From positions 186,001-250,000 of the forward strand of contig OZ251253.1 of assembly GCA_965240325.2 (NCBI GenBank): a stretch of DNA of 64,000 nucleotides. The letters run 5' to 3'. The translations under genes and the position numbers were made by a program. Of this stretch, positions 24,391 through 36,638 are shown in pieces. The notes under the pieces are model-generated. The model was not told the DNA's origin. It saw nothing but the letters and a program-made list of their open reading frames with translations, and made no database searches. Numbering within the stretch: the stretch's first letter is position 1; each line of letters opens with the position of its first letter. This DNA is from Rebecca billardiae RCC1528 (lineage: Eukaryota > Protista > Haptophyta).

Positions 24391-25926
24391 TCAGCCCGCG
24401 CGATAGGGCGGCCCCGCGAAGAACTCGGGCAGCGTGCGCCCCAGCGTGCGCAGGTACGTGCCCGCGTCCGCGGGCGGGCCGCACATGCGGCGCAGGTGCG
24501 CGAGCAAGGCAACAGTCTCGGGCGCGTGCGCCGTGCGCTCGCCCGCGCTCATGTGGTGCACGGCGTGCTCGGTCGCGCGCGCGGGGCGGATGGCGAGCTT
24601 GCCCTTCGCGCCGCCCTTGTAGTGCGGCGTGGCCGAGAGCGGGCCGCACGCGCGCTGCTCGCTCGCGTTGGGCGCGGGCGCGCCCGGCGCCGCGCCCGCC
24701 GCGCCCGCCGCCGCCGCCGCCGCCGCGCGCGCGTGCTTCGGCTTGAGCGCTCGGTACTCCGCGAGCTGGAAGGCGGCGGCTTCGGGCTGCGCGGCGGCGA
24801 GCGCGGCGAGCGCGCCGAGCAGCGCGCCGCCGCGCAGCGAGCCCGCCGCGCCCGGCGCGGGCCCGCCCAGCTTGACGTACTCGTCGACGTCGGTCGAGAG
24901 CAGCCATCGTACGGAGCGCCCGGCGAGCTTGGCCGAATAGAGCGCGTGGGTATTCTGGGTATTTTGGTCCGGCGACGGCTTGTGCTCGGCGCGCTCGCCC
25001 CACCACCACGGCACGAAGACCGCGCCGAGCGGCGCGTACCGCGCGCGCAGCGCCGCGAGCGCGCCCACCCGCCCCGCGCTCGGGTCGTTCAAATACACCA
25101 GCGTGCGCCACACGCCCGCGTGCCGGTGGTACCGCAGCCACCGGAGCAACGGGTCGCTCGGCCGAGCGATCGTGCGCGCGTGGAGGAAGAGCGCGGCCGC
25201 GAGGCGCGGCGGGCCCGGGGAGGGCTCGTGCAGCGGCGAGGCGTGGACGCGCACCGGCCCGTACGCGCGCGCGCCGAGCAGCTCGGGCGCCGAGAGCCGC
25301 ACCGCCCAGCCGCCGCCGCCGCCGCCGCCGTCGGCGCACGGCGGCGCGGGCGGCAGCGGGCACACCAGTAGTAGGTGGTGCCTCACGCCGCCATGCGCTT
25401 TGGCGCCGGCGCGTACGGGCGCGGCGCAGGGCGGGCCGTGCGCCGCGCACCCGCCGCCGCCGCGCACGCCGCCGGCGCTCGCCGCGCCCACCGGCACCAC
25501 GTCACACCACCACTGCGCGCGCCGCAGTGCCTTGAGGCTTAGGGCGCGCGGCCCCGCGCCGCGGACCCGCGTGCCGCCGGAGGTGGCGTTGGCGACGGCT
25601 GGGTCGTTGAGCAGGCAGAGCACGCTCGGGCCTGACGCGTTGAGCATGCAGTCCACCAGCTCTGGGCCGTCCGGTGGGCCCGAGTCCGGGTAGTACGGCC
25701 GCATGATGCTCGACGCCGCCGTGCACGGCGCGCCGTCCGCCTCCGCGGCAACGCTCGACAGCGCGCGCGAAGCGGCGGCGCCGGCTGTGGTCGGCTGCGT
25801 TGGGAGCGTGGGCATGCCCTCGGACGGTGCGTGGGGCGCGGCACGCCCCGCCGTGGCGTCATCGGAGCTGACGACGCATGCCAGCACGGCCAGCGTGCTG
25901 CGACGCCATGCTGGCGGTGGTCGCAT
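24391..25926 (-). CDS. Glycosyltransferase of GT92/DUF23 (GT-A) type
   Basis: WLRYHRHAGV..TLVYLND, WLLSTDVDEYV (DxD), GKLAIRP..AVHH, plus a hydrophobic N-terminus. Confidence 0.72.
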   Translation of the reverse strand: MRPPPAWRRSTLAVLACVVSSDDATAGRAAPHAPSEGMPTLPTQPTTAGAAASRALSSVAAEADGAPCTAASSIMRPYYPDSGPPDGPELVDCMLNASGPSVLCLLNDPAVANATSGGTRVRGAGPRALSLKALRRAQWWCDVVPVGAASAGGVRGGGGCAAHGPPCAAPVRAGAKAHGGVRHHLLLVCPLPPAPPCADGGGGGGGWAVRLSAPELLGARAYGPVRVHASPLHEPSPGPPRLAAALFLHARTIARPSDPLLRWLRYHRHAGVWRTLVYLNDPSAGRVGALAALRARYAPLGAVFVPWWWGERAEHKPSPDQNTQNTHALYSAKLAGRSVRWLLSTDVDEYVKLGGPAPGAAGSLRGGALLGALAALAAAQPEAAAFQLAEYRALKPKHARAAAAAAAGAAGAAPGAPAPNASEQRACGPLSATPHYKGGAKGKLAIRPARATEHAVHHMSAGERTAHAPETVALLAHLRRMCGPPADAGTYLRTLGRTLPEFFAGPPYRAG

Positions 25927-26225
25927 GCTCTTTGATCCAGAGTCCGGCCAGCCCGAGCGGGCGGCTGCCGCTGCTCCTCCGCACTGCGTCTGCTGAGCAG
26001 TCGCGACTGCATCATCATAGCGGTCGCGAGCCTGGCCTGCTACGGAGTGCTGAGTGCCATCGGGTCGGCTGGCGGCACTAGCAAAGGCCACGTTCTGAGC
26101 CTACTTACGGTCATCGCCAGAGTCGGCGGCTCAGATAGACGGGCTGGCGTTCCGTCAGCACCGCGCCGCCCGGCGCCGCGGGTCTGGTCTTCACTTTCAG
26201 TCGAACCCGGCCCCGCGGCCGCGGG

Positions 26226-27187
26226 TCAGAGCATAGCGGCACCGCCGCCGCCCGAGCTCGGCAGCGCGGTCCCCGCGGACGCCCCGGCCGCCGCCGCGGA
26301 CTCGCCCGCGGCCGGTTGCGCGCTCGAGTGCCCGGCACCCGTGGGCGGTGCGGTCTGCCCGTCCGCCGCCGCGGCGCGCTCGGTCGGCGCGCCGGTCCGT
26401 CGCACAGTGGCGACGAGTGCGCCTGTCCCGGCGATGCCGACGACTAGAAGCACGATGGCGGCGGTGGGCGGCAGCATCGGCCGCACGCGCGCGGTGCGCG
26501 GGTGGCGCCCGGCCTCGCTCGTCTGCGCCGCGCCGAGCACCGCGCCCGCGCCGCCCTCCGACCTGTCCGCGGCGGCGGCGCCAATAAGCGGGTAAGTGTA
26601 GATACTGTGGCCGGTCAGGTTGGCGGCGCACGGCGGGCGCGCCAGCTCACACGACGCGCGCAGCGAGGGCGGGAGCCCGCCGTAGCAGCCGAGGAGCTCG
26701 AGGCCCGAGCAGCCCATCTGCGTGAGGCCTGCGGGTCGGTGCGACGGCGCCCACCCGCGCGCGCGCGCGTCAATCGGCCGCGTGGATCGCGGCGCGCTGG
26801 GCCGGCGCGGATCGATTGAGGCGCGCGCCTGCCCGCGCCCGGTCGCGGCGCACCTGCAAGACTGTGCGCCGCCTCCCCGCACGCGGGCGTGGAGCAGGCG
26901 CCGAAGCAGCTGCGCGCCTTCTCGAGGGTCTGCGCGAGCTTCTCTATGCTCCCGCCCGTCGGGAGCGCCGTCGCGCCGCCATAGGCCATCTTCTCGCAAA
27001 ATTGCTTCCGCTTGGCGTTGTCACCCTGCGCCGCCTGCAGCACGTAGCCGAGCGTCTGTCGGTTCCAGCGGAGGACCCACTGCCGCGCGGACTGGAGCTC
27101 GGACTCGCAGTGCTTGTCGTCCGAGGCCGCGCACGGCGCCGCGAGCAGTGCGAGCGCGCACGCGAGGGCCGCCCACGACCTCGCCAT
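26226..27187 (-). CDS. Cys-rich type I membrane/secreted protein, join(27187..26854,26728..26226)
   Basis: Signal peptide MARSWAALACALALLAAPCAA, a phase-1 GT-AG intron at 26729-26853, and a C-terminal TM segment AAIVLLVVGIAGTGALVATV followed by RR. Confidence 0.75.
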
Positions 27188-27307
27188 TGTGCTTTGTGAG
27201 ACGCCCCCGCCCGGCCGTCGTACTGTACAGCACCCGGATCCGATCGCGAGCGATCTCGCGAGCTCGCGGGAGTCGCGGCGTGCCGGTTCGCTCGGCAACT
27301 ACTACGC

Positions 27308-28408
27308 CAAGGGGAGTCAGGGTGCAGCACGTCCAGTCACTTTGGGCTGCAGCTGGAGCTTGGGTCCAAAAGCTTCCCGCGGCGCAGCGGCACTCGCCGC
27401 CGCCGCCGCCGTCGAGGGGCGGTTGTGGCGCGCACGGCGTGAGCCGCTGCGGGCGCTGAGGTGCGCGCGACGGCGGCGCGCCCGGCGGCGCTGCTGTAGG
27501 AGGCCACTGCCCTCCTCTCTGCCCCGCGCGCTTCGCTCGTCGTCGCCGTCTCCGCGCCTGCGACTCAGCGCGCACGCGAGCGCGGCACCGCCCGGCAGCC
27601 GGGGCAATCTCAGCCGTGACTGCGCATGTGCGTCGCGACCTGGTCGGCTCAGCGCGCGAGGCGCGTGCGGGCGAGGTAGGGCCAGTATGGGCGCGCGCCA
27701 TGCCGCCTCGACCTTGCGCCGGTGGGCATGTCGCGGGCCTTGCACCTCTGTCGACAACGTTGACAAACAATGCGGCACCCAAGCGCAGACGTCAGTGTGC
27801 ACGATCGAGGCAGTAGGCGTACAGACGCGATAGTTGCAGAGCCTTTTGTGATCATGCGAGTCATACATTGTCAGTGACTCTCGCCCAGGTCGTCTGCGCG
27901 CTGAACTGACGTTTTGACTGAGTGCCTCGAGATCGCCTCGACGATGGCCCGTGCATTGCTTGAACACTCAACACAGTCCAAGCGGCCAACCAGACACACG
28001 TGCTCAGTTCCCTGTTGTACGCTCTGATGGGCTTACTTGAGGCGGCATGGCGCGCGCCCATACTGGCCCTACCTCGCCCGCACGCGCCTCGCGCGCTGGG
28101 CCGACCAGGTCGCGACGCACATGCGCAGTCACGGCTGAGATTGCCCCGGCTGCCGGGCGGTGCCGCGCTCGCGTGCGCGCTGAGTCGCAGGCGCGGAGAC
28201 GGCGACGACGAGCGAAGCGCGCGGGGCAGAGAGGAGGGCAGTGGCCTCCTACAGCAGCGCCGCCGGGCGCGCCGCCGTCGCGCGCACCTCAGCGCCCGCA
28301 GCGGCTCACGCCGTGCGCGCCACAACCGCCCCTCGACGGCGGCGGCGGCGGCGAGTGCCGCTGCGCCGCGGGAAGCTTTTGGACCCAAGCTCCAGCTGCA
28401 GCCCAACT
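27308..28408. mobile_element. Foldback element A, copy 1 (P/Galileo-like ends); right end cut by element B and displaced to 45531-45562
   Basis: Starts CAAGGGGAGTCAGGG and has inverted arms of about 390 bp. The 7-bp TSD ACTACGC is at 27301-27307, and its reverse complement GCGTAGT is at 45524-45530. Confidence 0.9.
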
Positions 28409-29472
28409 GAGTGCACTCGAGCGAAAACGTGCCAGGCTAGGCATGCGCGGCCCAGTGCGGGCTAGGCATCGGGGGCGATGCCTAGCCCGGCCAGGCTAGG
28501 CATTCGCCCATACCCTCGCGTCGTCAGAACTTTCGGAAACGAAATTACGAAATTCGCGCAAAGGCGGCCCCGGTCTTCTTTCACGGCGGCGCAAGGGGCG
28601 CGGGGGCGCTGGCTCGCGATCCGAAGGGCAGTCGCTCGCGACCTCGCTTGGGCGGCGGCAGCGGCGCTGCGGCATACTGTTTGCCACCCGCGCGGCTGTG
28701 TGCGATCGCGCGGTCCCGTTCGTCGCCACGCCGCGCGCGACCGTTCACGGCACAGTCTTTCCGCACTGTGAGCACCCCTTGCCAGCGCACGGCGGCGGAG
28801 AGCCCAGACAGCCCGTCACGCGCGCGACGTCCTTGTGGGATGCGATGTACTCACCCTAATGCTAGCATGCGCCTGCGTTTTGGTGAGCCTGTTCAGCATC
28901 CAGACCACTCTCTACTGCTGCAAGATGAGTCATCGTCTGCCAATCGGTCAACGAGGCATGGACAGCGCAGCAGTCGTCCATGATCCTCTTGCCCACCCCG
29001 TGGGCAAGCGCATGCCTCCGGGAACCCAAAGAACCTGGGTACATCGCATCCCACAAGGACGTCGCGCGCGTGACGGGCTGTCTGGGCTCTCCGCCGCCGT
29101 GCGCTGGCAAGGGGTGCTCACAGTGCGGAAAGACTGTGCCGTGAACGGTCGCGCGCGGCGTGGCGACGAACGGGACCGCGCGATCGCACACAGCCGCGCG
29201 GGTGGCAAACAGTATGCCGCAGCGCCGCTGCCGCCGCCCAAGCGAGGTCGCGAGCGACTGCCCTTCGGATCGCGAGCCAGCGCCCCCGCGCCCCTTGCGC
29301 CGCCGTGAAAGAAGACCGGGGCCGCCTTTGCGCGACTTTCGTTTCCGAAAGTTCTGAAGACGCGAGGGTATGGGCGAATGCCTAGCCTGGCCGGGCTAGG
29401 CATCGCCCCCGATGCCTAGCCCGCACTGGGCCGCGCATGCCTAGCCTGGCACGTTTTCGCTCGAGTGCACTC
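28409..29472. mobile_element. Foldback element B, copy 1
   Basis: Inverted arms of about 435 bp start with GAGTGCACTCGAGCGAAAACG around a spacer of about 190 bp. A second copy is at 45563-46705. Confidence 0.92.
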
Positions 29473-29554
29473 GGTCCGGCTGCCGCAGGGGGCTTTGCCT
29501 TCCGGACTGGCGCTGCGCCAGTGGCGGCCGCCAACCCGGACTGCGGCGAACCAG

Positions 29555-30455
29555 CGCTTGGCGCGCGCGCGGCGCGGCGCGCTGCGGCCGTCGAGTTGCC
29601 GTGCGAAGGCGGCGCGTTGCGTGCGTGGCATCGGAACGCTGCCGTGCTCCGCACTGCGCCCCGCAGCTCGCTCCTCGTCGACTTTGCCGCGCCTACGATC
29701 AGCGCGCATGCGAGCGTCGCCTCGGAATGAGCGGCCCGCGCCAGCCTCAGCCGTGAGCGCCCGCCTGGCGCGCGATGCGATCAACTCGGGGCACGAGCTG
29801 CGGCTGGGCGAGGAAGCATGTGCCTACGCGCAAGCCGCGCCGTCTTGAGACACCGACCGTGAGCAGGGCATGCACCTTGCACGCAACTATTCTTCTTGCC
29901 CTTGCGCATTGTCGCGGTGTCCTTGAAAGGACCCCTCATCAGAGCAACTACTCAAGCATGGCATGACGGCAGCCACGCGCGCATGCGATGCATAGATGTA
30001 CACGAGTCGCTGCGCGCACACGCAACCCGAAGACTCCTATTAATCGCTTCAGGGCGCTCACGATCTGTTGTTTCATCTCCACTGCATGCAAGGCTCGTGC
30101 AGGCTGATCGGCATTCGTCGACAGCCGTCTGAAGCTGCATGAACGCGCACGATCGATGTCTCAAGGCGGCGCGGCTTGCGCGCAGGCACATACTTCCTCG
30201 CCCAGCCGCAGCTCGTGCCCCGAGTTGATCGCATCGCGCGCCAGGCGGGCGCTCACGGCTGAGGCCGGCGCGGGCCGCTCATTCCGAGGCGACGCTCGCA
30301 TGCGCGCTGATCGTAGGCGCGGCAAAGTCGACGAGGAGAGAGCTGCGGGGCGCAGTGCGGAGCACGGCAGCGTTCCGATGCCACGCACGCAACGCGCCGC
30401 CTTCGCATGGCAACTCGACGGCCGCAGCGCGCCGCGCCGCGCGCGCGCCAAGCGC
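29555..30455. mobile_element. Foldback C: inverted arms of about 300 bp around a spacer of about 305 bp
   Basis: 29555-29852 is the reverse complement of 30157-30455 with few mismatches. The true termini and TSD were not resolved. Confidence 0.75.
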
Positions 30456-31025
30456 CCATCGACGCCAGCGCGCCTTTACGCCAAGCGCGTTTTCATTTTC
30501 CGCGCTTTGTTTTCGCGCGTGAGTTTTCATTGGCGCATGACCCGCGCCCGGCCGCCCGCGGGGAACGCCCCTGCCTTGCAGATGGCAGAATCAAGCTGAA
30601 AGCATTATTCAAGCAGGTGATCCGCGGCGTGGGCGACGCGGGCGGCGCGCGCATTTCGGACGCGCTGTCCTGTGTCCAAACACGTCGCGCGCTGGGACGC
30701 GCGCGTCGCCGGGCTGCGCGCGCCGGAAATGCGCGACGAGCCGTTTGTCGACCTGGCGCGCCTCGCCGTGCAGCCGCACGAAGCCACGCGCCCCGCGGTT
30801 CGCGCGCGCCCGCGGCCTCGCACCCGCAAACTCCGAGTCCGTGACGCCGGCGGCGCCTCACGACGCGTGCCTCGCGCTGCTGCGCGCGCGGCTGGCGAGC
30901 ACGCTGAACGACGTGGACGACGCGCGCAACGCGGCGCGCCGCGGCACACGCCGCGCGCAACAGAATACTCACTCACTTGCTCAAGTGCGCATCACGTACA
31001 TCATGATCAAATAATATATAACCCA

Positions 31026-32279
31026 TTATATTCCGTCAGGCGCACGATATAATGCCAATATGAATAATACAATCTGCAGCATCATAAACTGTCTGCCCTG
31101 GCGGGCGGTGGGGTCGGCGGGCCGTGCCAGTGCTGTCGCAATGTTTCCTCTGTGGGTTCGCGGCTTTCCACATTCGCTCGTGGCCGTGGGTGACGGACAG
31201 TCGGACCAGTGACACCTGTGAAGTTCTCCCACGCGCCCGCGGTCGGCGGTGCGGTACGCGTCCGTGCGCATCAGCGAGGGCCACACCCACGAGGGAATAA
31301 TGTGCAGCACGCGAGGCGGGGCGGGTAGCCCGTTGCTCCGCGCGAGCGCGGGTACGCGCTGCGTGTGCCGCATCTCGACCGCGATGGCGTAATCGAGCGC
31401 CTCGCCGCCGACGAAGCCGCAAGAGTAGATCATGAGCATGTCCTCCTGCCGCCAGGCTCCGAGAGCGGTCGTCCTTTGAGGATGCTTGCCGATGTCCACT
31501 CCGGACATGATGGGCTCGGCGCAGGTCGCGTTGACATCGTACACGGCCGCCACGCTGAGCACGAGCGCGTTGACGTTCAGGCGGTTGTCGCTCTTTGCAT
31601 CTTCGACAGGTCTGGCGCCCGCGTGTTCGGCGGCACGAGGAGCTGTTGGTTGTGCGCGCGCGTGCACAGCGACAGCGTGTGTCTCGCGATCGAGAGTGGG
31701 CACGAGCTGCTCACGCCGGCACACGAATCACAGCGCATTCCTCACCGGCGTGACGACTTCCGCCTTGTCCCGCAGCGCCTGCGCCATGGACGAAGATGGC
31801 GCGGCGATGTTGCATGCTCGACGTTTCATCTCTCTGCGGATGGCATCACGGGCTTGTCTGTGTCGCGCTGCGGCGAGGGTCGCCAACTCGCGATGACGCG
31901 GTTGCTGCCACGGCGACAGACCCGGGAGGTGCGTCCGCTGCGCGTCGTACGCCGTTGGCGCTGCGCTTCCGTCGCATTGGTCACCGTCGACGCCATGCAG
32001 GCCGGACGTGGGCTTCGGCTGAGGGACCGCGACAGATACTGTAGTCCGGTGCGCGGATTGCCGGATTCCGGCGATCGAGTTCAGAAGGCCGCGCCAAATC
32101 TTGCGTCGCGTGCGATGGCGCTTCCCGCCCGCGAGACACCTCGTGATGAGGGCCTTTCCGCACCGAGCCCGACGCGTGGCGGTGGATCGTGCGAGGTGGT
32201 TGTCGTGCGCAGCGCTTGATGCTATGGCCCGTGCGAGCGCTCGACATGCAAGTCGGGCGAGGATCGCCCCAGGTCGCAC
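31026..32279 (-). pseudogene. Element-F ORF with one in-frame TGA (31728-31730); possible partial Ulp1-like domain
   Basis: ORFs 31728..32279 and 31026..31724 are in the same frame. The stop codon is CGA in copies F1 and F2. Confidence 0.5.
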
Positions 32280-32620
32280 GATTGTGTGGACGCGCCGAGC
32301 GTACCTCCAAACGCGTCGACTTTGGCCCTCGTTCGACCTGCACGCGAGACGACGAGGGCAGCAATCGCGAATCGGGCGAAAAACCGTCAGGGAATCATCG
32401 CGCGATGTCCGCGCCGGCGTTGGATCTGGCGCGCGCCGCCCACGCGCTCCGCGCCGTGACGCACTCGCTTTTCGGCCGAGCGTCCCCAGTGGGAGCTGCG
32501 AGGGCGCCCGGTAGTGAGCGAGGCGATTTTCTTTTCTTTGCGAGGCGATTTTCTTTTATTGTCTTTTCTTTTTCTGATCTTTTCCCCGGGCACTACAAGG
32601 GGCGGACCTACGGCCCGCCA
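31087..32620 (-). mobile_element. Element F, copy 3 (TSD-less, rolling-circle-like)
   Basis: An inverted, more diverged homologue of 35061-36625 and 36639-38200, with the same ends TGGCGGGCCGT...CAGTT. Confidence 0.85.
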
Positions 32621-33697
32621 CATCAATATTTCGCACGTATGCATTCCGACGCAGCGGCGCCAGCAGGAAGATAGCCGCTAGCCACAGACGATGCTCAATG
32701 CCACCACCTGTGACCTGATCGTCACATTCGTCACGGCCCGGCTTGCGTCGCTGTCCGAGTACCATCACAAACAAGACGATCATCAGCGCGCACATTCACA
32801 CAACACATCGCAGCCTCCCGCTGAATGTAAGATTAATACGGCATAGCACGGCCAACGGATCTCGACTACAGTACTCAGAACTGAAATATGATATGCCGAA
32901 CAGTCGTTCGAACTAAACCGGCCATAGCAGCGTGCGCATCCTCCCGCGCCCTCGCCGCGCTGTGTTCGACCAGCCCCACCTTGACCTGGACAAGGCCGCT
33001 AGGTCCCCGCTGTTTTCAAGGTGATCGACCAATCACCAATAAACCGGTGGGAACGGTCTTCTCCTCTGGACAAGTTCTGGAACCAGTCCCGCCTCGAGAG
33101 CTCGCACCTGTCCTCCGCCTGGCGCTGCGCTAGTCATACTCAAGTCCGCCGTCGTGGCCCGCCACCGCTGCACGTCCACGACCGCGGTAGACGCCCGCTC
33201 ACCGTCCGGGCGGCCGGGACCCGGCGCGAATCCGCGTGGCAGTCACGTCGTCACCGTACTGCTACTCCGGTACCGCGATCTGGCGTGCAGGCTAAGCTAC
33301 TACTGACTGACCAGACACGTACCCGCATCATCGACCGCCACCCCGCCCACCCACCCAACCAGCCCCGCCCACGGGGCTGAACGCCCGCACGCAGGCCCAC
33401 TGTCAGTGTTACTGAGTGCCCACTCGGTGCGGCCAGTCGGTCGGCTCAGAAGTCAGGGACAGCTGACTGATATCCGCGCCCGGAGCCCGATGTCGGACCG
33501 CAGCAGGGCCGGCACCGTGACCGAGGTCAGTGGCGCCTGCCGCTGCTGGACTCTCGTGGCTGACTCGACGGTCGGCCCGGCCGTGCGTGCGCCACCCGTT
33601 GCGGTCGCCGCGGATCAGGCGTGAATGGCGACGAGCGACATCGCCTGAACCGTGACGCCGGCCTTGACTGGGCATCTCGATGCATGTGACTGCTGAG

Positions 33698-34818
33698 TCA
33701 CCAGGCAAGCTGCCTCGCAGTCGACGACTCCCCGAGCTCCTGCATCATCTCAATCTCGTCGTCGCCAGCGCCGGGCTGCTCGCTGTTCACAGCCTGCTGG
33801 CGGGTCTGGATGCGCGCGCCCGGGCCCTGCACCGCCGCGAGGCCCGGCGCGTTATTGGCATTGTCCGAGGCAGCGTTGGACTCGAAGCAAATCTGCGCGG
33901 ACGGCTGCATGGGGACAACGCGCAGCTCCGAAGGGCCAGGCTGCTGCTGTCCGACCTGCGCAGGGAACGGATCTCCGTTGAACGTGAAGAGTCCGCCGAG
34001 AGCGCGCTCGCGGAGAGCGGCGAATACGCGCTGCTGCCCCTGCGTACTCATCTGACCTGTCCCCCGACAAAGGACCTCGATGAGCTTTGCGGTGATGTCC
34101 GTAGACACTTCGGCGTCGTTCGCCTGGCGCGCAGCGTCCTCCTGGGCCTCCTCGCGGCGCTTCTTCTCGCGCGCATAGGCCTCCTCGGCCTTCTTGCGGC
34201 GCTTCGCCTCGCGCTCAGCGGTCGCCTTGGCCTGGATGGCGCGCTTCTGGCTTGCCGCCACGCGCGACTTTTCGGACTCCACGTCCGACTTGGCCTTGTC
34301 GAGGAGCTCCTTGGCCTCGATGACGCGCTTCTCGGCCTCCGCTGCGCGCGATTTGGCAGCGTCCGTCTCCTGCTTGGCCTCGTCGATCGTCGCGTTGAGG
34401 AGCATCTCCGCCTCGACGCCACGCTGCTGGGCCAACGATTCGGTCTCGCCGAGCCGCTGCTGCGCCTCGTCCGTCATAAACTGGAACGTCGCGACGAGGT
34501 CCTCGCTCGTGTCCGCGCGCTGCTTCTCCTTCTCGGCTTTGGCCTGCGCGCGCGTCCAGGGCGCAGCGAGCGCGCGTGGTGAGCTGCGGCCGCATCATGC
34601 GCATGGCCGCGCGCGATGCGCACCATGGCTTTCTGGGCCACGCCGGCCCCGACGCGTGCAACAAAGTGCGTGCTGCGGCGCTTCAGCGGTGCGCCCTTGA
34701 TAGCCTCGGCCGCGACCTTGATCTTGAACGGGGTGTCAAACGGCCCGGCGGCGGACAGGGCGTCGCGAACGAAGGGCGTGTCGGTCTCCATCTCGGAATC
34801 GGCGATGCGCGGTGCCAT
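33698..34818 (-). CDS. Coiled-coil protein of duplicated segment G, copy 1, join(34818..34624,34543..33698), 346 aa
   Basis: An 80-nt phase-0 GTGCGC...GCGCAG intron and a long EKRA-rich helix. A near-identical copy is at 48566-49686. Confidence 0.75.
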
Positions 34819-35060
34819 GTCGATGACGGGGGGAGTTGAGGGTGCTGGCGCGAGCGGCGATGGAGAGGTCGCGACGTCGGCGACTCGTGCGGGAGTGAGG
34901 CGGGAGACTCGGGCTGCGTCCTGGGTGTCCAACGACCCGTTGGCCCAGCCCCTGTTTAGTCAAAGCCAGCCGGGGAAGACAAGACGCCAGCCAATCACGC
35001 GCCTTTCGTGCAAAAAGCGATGGCGGACGGATCCGTCGCCGATGACCAAAAAGGCAAGAA

Positions 35061-36625
35061 TGGCGGGCCGTAGGTCCGCCCCTTGTAGTGCCCGGGAAAA
35101 ACATATAAGAAAAAGAAAAAGGAAAAAGAAAATCGCCTCGCAGAGAAAAGAAAATCGCTTCGCTCGACACTACCGGGCGCCCTCGCAGCTCCCACTGGGG
35201 ACGCTCGGCCGAAAACCATATGGCGCCTGGCGCGGAGCGCGTGGGCCGCGCGCGCCGAATCCAACGCCGGCGCGGACATCGTGAGAGGACTCCCGAGGGG
35301 GGTTTTCGCCCGATTCGCGATTGCTGCCCTCGTCGTCTCGCGTGCAGGTCGAACGGGGGCTAAATCGACGCGTTTGGAGCGGTACGCTCGGCGCGTCGAC
35401 ACGATCGTGAGACCTGGGGCGATCCTCGCCCGACGTGCACGTCGAAAGCTCGCACCGGCCATAGCATCATGCGCTGCGCACGATGACCGCCTCGCGCGAT
35501 CCACCGTCGCGCGTCGGGCTCGGTGCGAGAAAGCCCTCATCACGAGGCGTCTCGCGGGCGGGAAGCGCCATCGCACGCGACGCAAGATTTGGCGCGGCCT
35601 TCTGAACTCGATCGCCGGAATCCGCGCACCGGACTCAGTCAGTGCTCGCGGTCCGGTCCCTCAGCCGAAGCCCACGTCCGGCCTGCATGGCGTCGACGGT
35701 GACCATGCGACGGAAGCGCAGCGCCAACGGCGTACGACGCGCAGCGGACGCACCTCCCGGGTCTGTCGCCGTGGCAGCAACCGCGTCATCGCGAGTTGGC
35801 GACCCTCGCCGCAGCGCGACACAGACAAGCCCGTGATGCCATCCGCAGAGAGATGAAACGTCGAGCATGCAACATCGCCGCGCCATGGCCTCGTCCATGG
35901 CGCAGGCGCTGCGGGACGAGGCGGAAGTCGTCACGCCGGTGACGGATGCGCTGCGATTCGTGTGCTCGCGTGAGCAGCGCTTGCCCACTCTCGATCGCGA
36001 GTGGCACACGCTGTCGCTGTGCGCGCGCGCGCGCACAACCAACAGCTCCTCGTGCCGCCGAGCACGCGAGCGCCAGACCTGTCGAAGATGCGAAGAGCGA
36101 CGACCGCGTGAACGTCAACGCGCTCGTGCTCAGCGTGGTGGCCGTGTACGACGTCAACGCGACCTGCGCCGAGCCCATCATGCCTGGAGCCGACATCGAC
36201 AAGCATCCTCGCGACGACCGCTCTCGGCTGGCGGCAGGAGGACATGCACATGATCTACTCTGGCGGCTTCATCGGCGGCGAGGCGCTCGATTACGCCATC
36301 GCGGTCGACATGCGGCACATACAGCGCGTACCCGCGCTCGCACGGAGCAACGGGCTGCCCGCCCCGCCCCGCGTGCTGCACATTCCCTCGTGGGTGTGGG
36401 CCTCGCTAGTCGCTGATGCGCATACAATACTCTAAGAGTACAGACCGTGAAACGTGTGTACATCACGTCGGGGAGCCAACTTCACGTGTCACCGGCGGTC
36501 CTTGCACTCGACTGTCCGTCACCCACGGCCACGAGCGAATGTGGTGGAAAGACGCGAACCCGCAAAGGATACATTGCGACAGCACTGGCACGGCCCGCCG
36601 ACCCCCCGCCCGCCAGGGCACAGTT
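35061..36625 (+). mobile_element. Element F, copy 1
   Basis: Absent from the homologous empty site at 48300-48335; no TSD. Confidence 0.9.
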
Positions 36626-36638
36626 TGGTTTTTTTAAA

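Noticed and set aside
9958-25450. Many long Arg/Ala/Pro-rich overlapping and antisense ORFs
   Set aside because: They are shadow frames expected at very high GC, with no motifs.
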